A DNA stretch of 64,000 nucleotides from Dendrobates tinctorius (taxonomy: Eukaryota), in NCBI RefSeq assembly GCF_039654945.1, contig NW_027361751.1, forward strand, positions 4,278,001-4,342,000, read 5' to 3'. The notes under the pieces were generated by a model. It did not search any database. It had not been told where the DNA came from and worked only from the letters and a program-made list of their open reading frames with translations. Positions within the stretch are counted from its first letter, which is position 1. The number at the start of each line of letters is the position of its first letter. Shown piece after piece: positions 62,255-64,000 of the stretch. Position numbers and translations under genes: made by a program.

Positions 62255-63400
62255 TCAATGTCCGGTAGCCTGACTCAATGGTGTTACATCTAATTGTCGG
62301 TGTTTCGGGTGACAGCTTCTTGCATGGAGTTTAGTGTTGCCTGAAACCAAGTAGTGTGAACTTTGCTTAGCACATTGTCTCCCACCAGACAAATCAGGAA
62401 ATTCAACTGTGGAGACAAACCTACTATTGGTAAACCGTAAATCAACTTTACTGTTATTTAAATAATTAATAAAGTCTGGCACAACCAACACATGACGCGA
62501 CCAAGCAAAAAGCATGTCGTCTATGTACCGACTGTACAAAACTAGATGGTGGGCAAAGTAATTATTGAAAATATGAAAATATATACAGTAGAAAATATGG
62601 CTCTCCTCACACCATCCAACAAATGCTAACATTTGTGAGAAGTGCAATTTCATCGAGGCTCCCTTAATCCCCCTCCCCCCAAAAAAAGTAAACATAAAAG
62701 CGATGATGTAATAAATAGTCAGAAGCCAATAGTAAGAATTATTTTAGTTCCTGAGAATATGAAGTGTAATTATATAGATGACGTTGGAAGGCAATTAATG
62801 CTTTATCAATCAGAAGACAAGGCTAGAAATATACCATATAGCATATTATGAAAGAATAATCAGAATGTCATTTAAAGTTGTCCATGGATTTAAGAACAGA
62901 TGTTCTGTCCTTAAAAAGTACTGTAAGTCTGAATATTAGTGGTTGTAGATTGTTGAGGGACACAGTGCCTGAGATTATGGGTCATATGGGTGGAGGTCTA
63001 TTTTAGGTACAGTAGACCATGAAAATGGATACTTACAGTAGACAGTAGGACATTAGTATGGACTGTGGATTTGGGGATTTAAAGCACGATTCTTCCACAT
63101 AACCTTCTATTGTATATTCATTTTCCAACTGACAGAGTGACAATAACAGACGAGCTTTCAAATTCATTTATCAAAGGTGTCATCGAGACAGATGTGTGCA
63201 ATCACTTTCTACATCATGAACATCTTTCTCAAAAAAAGTGTCTTTTTACTGTATCGTAACAAGCTTGATTAAATCAAGTATGGTGTGGAGAAGATTGAAG
63301 TCACAGCTTGAGACAAAATTCAGCCCTGTGACTAAGACCTCGATCTGCTCGACAGACAAGACAGTGGGTGTTTTTCCAATGCTACAAGCTGAAGGTCCAC
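62255..63400 (-). pseudogene. Degraded Penelope reverse transcriptase
   Basis: VLYSRYIDDMLFAW...FINYLN...LRFT...VEF.DL and GNTKLHARSCHPKH, typical of PLE RT; boundaries approximate. Confidence 0.7.
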
Positions 63401-64000
63401 TATGGGATTGGCACCCTTCTCTCTTTTGAATGGTTATACTAAAGAGTTTTTTGAAAACAATAGAAACATGGTAAAGCCAATTTTTTTTTATCTATCTGTT
63501 CCTTATATCTAATGATATAGGGTTTTTTTTTTTACAAGAATTTTTGTTTTCTTTGTGACCATACTGGAATACAAGAAACATCAATAATATAAATGCAAAC
63601 TGATTTTAAAAAAAAACCAAAACAGAATAATTTGATTAAATGTATAAAACAAAAAAACAAAGCTAAAACACATAATAGAGATGAGACATAACAGGTAAGT
63701 TAAAAAGAAGCGAGGACACCTAGTAACTGCTTAATAAAAAGACCAAAGTGGGGGCCATACTCAATGTTAATCATAATTAGTTATTTCATGACATGAATAA
63801 TAGGATATAGAAACATATACCAAAACAACAACTATACAATTGTCATATATAGAAAGTGACCTAGCTACAACCAACAAATAAAGAACTTGTTTAAGTGTCT
63901 AAGCAGGCCAACTGTAAGGACACCCACATATATATCTATGAAAAAAGTAATGTGATACGCACAATCAAAATGAGCAAAAGAATAATAATAATTAAAAATG

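Overview
Repeat-dense vertebrate genomic DNA. The repeat set (TTAA-target T2/Kolobok MITEs, V-SINEs, DIRS, Penelope, CR1, Tc1) points to an anuran amphibian (inference). Two host genes lie tail to tail: the last coding exon and 3'UTR of a BTF3-family gene (+, 9963-10215) and a complete six-coding-exon LDLRAD1-like gene (-, 37186-20248, 209 aa). The rest is mostly nested transposons: an intact-ORF Tc1, two DIRS retrotransposons, an Academ-type DNA transposon, hAT, Harbinger-type, Kolobok-type and mariner MITEs, a Helitron, solo LTRs, CR1 and Penelope fragments. The most notable signal is a 359-nt-unit retrozyme-like element (16854-17367). It has an intact type I hammerhead ribozyme, an octamer plus SPH/ZNF143-like enhancer, an inverted tail and a 17-bp TSD. 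Several more hammerhead-like Penelope-associated elements occur in the window. All family assignments come from motif recognition; no searches were run.
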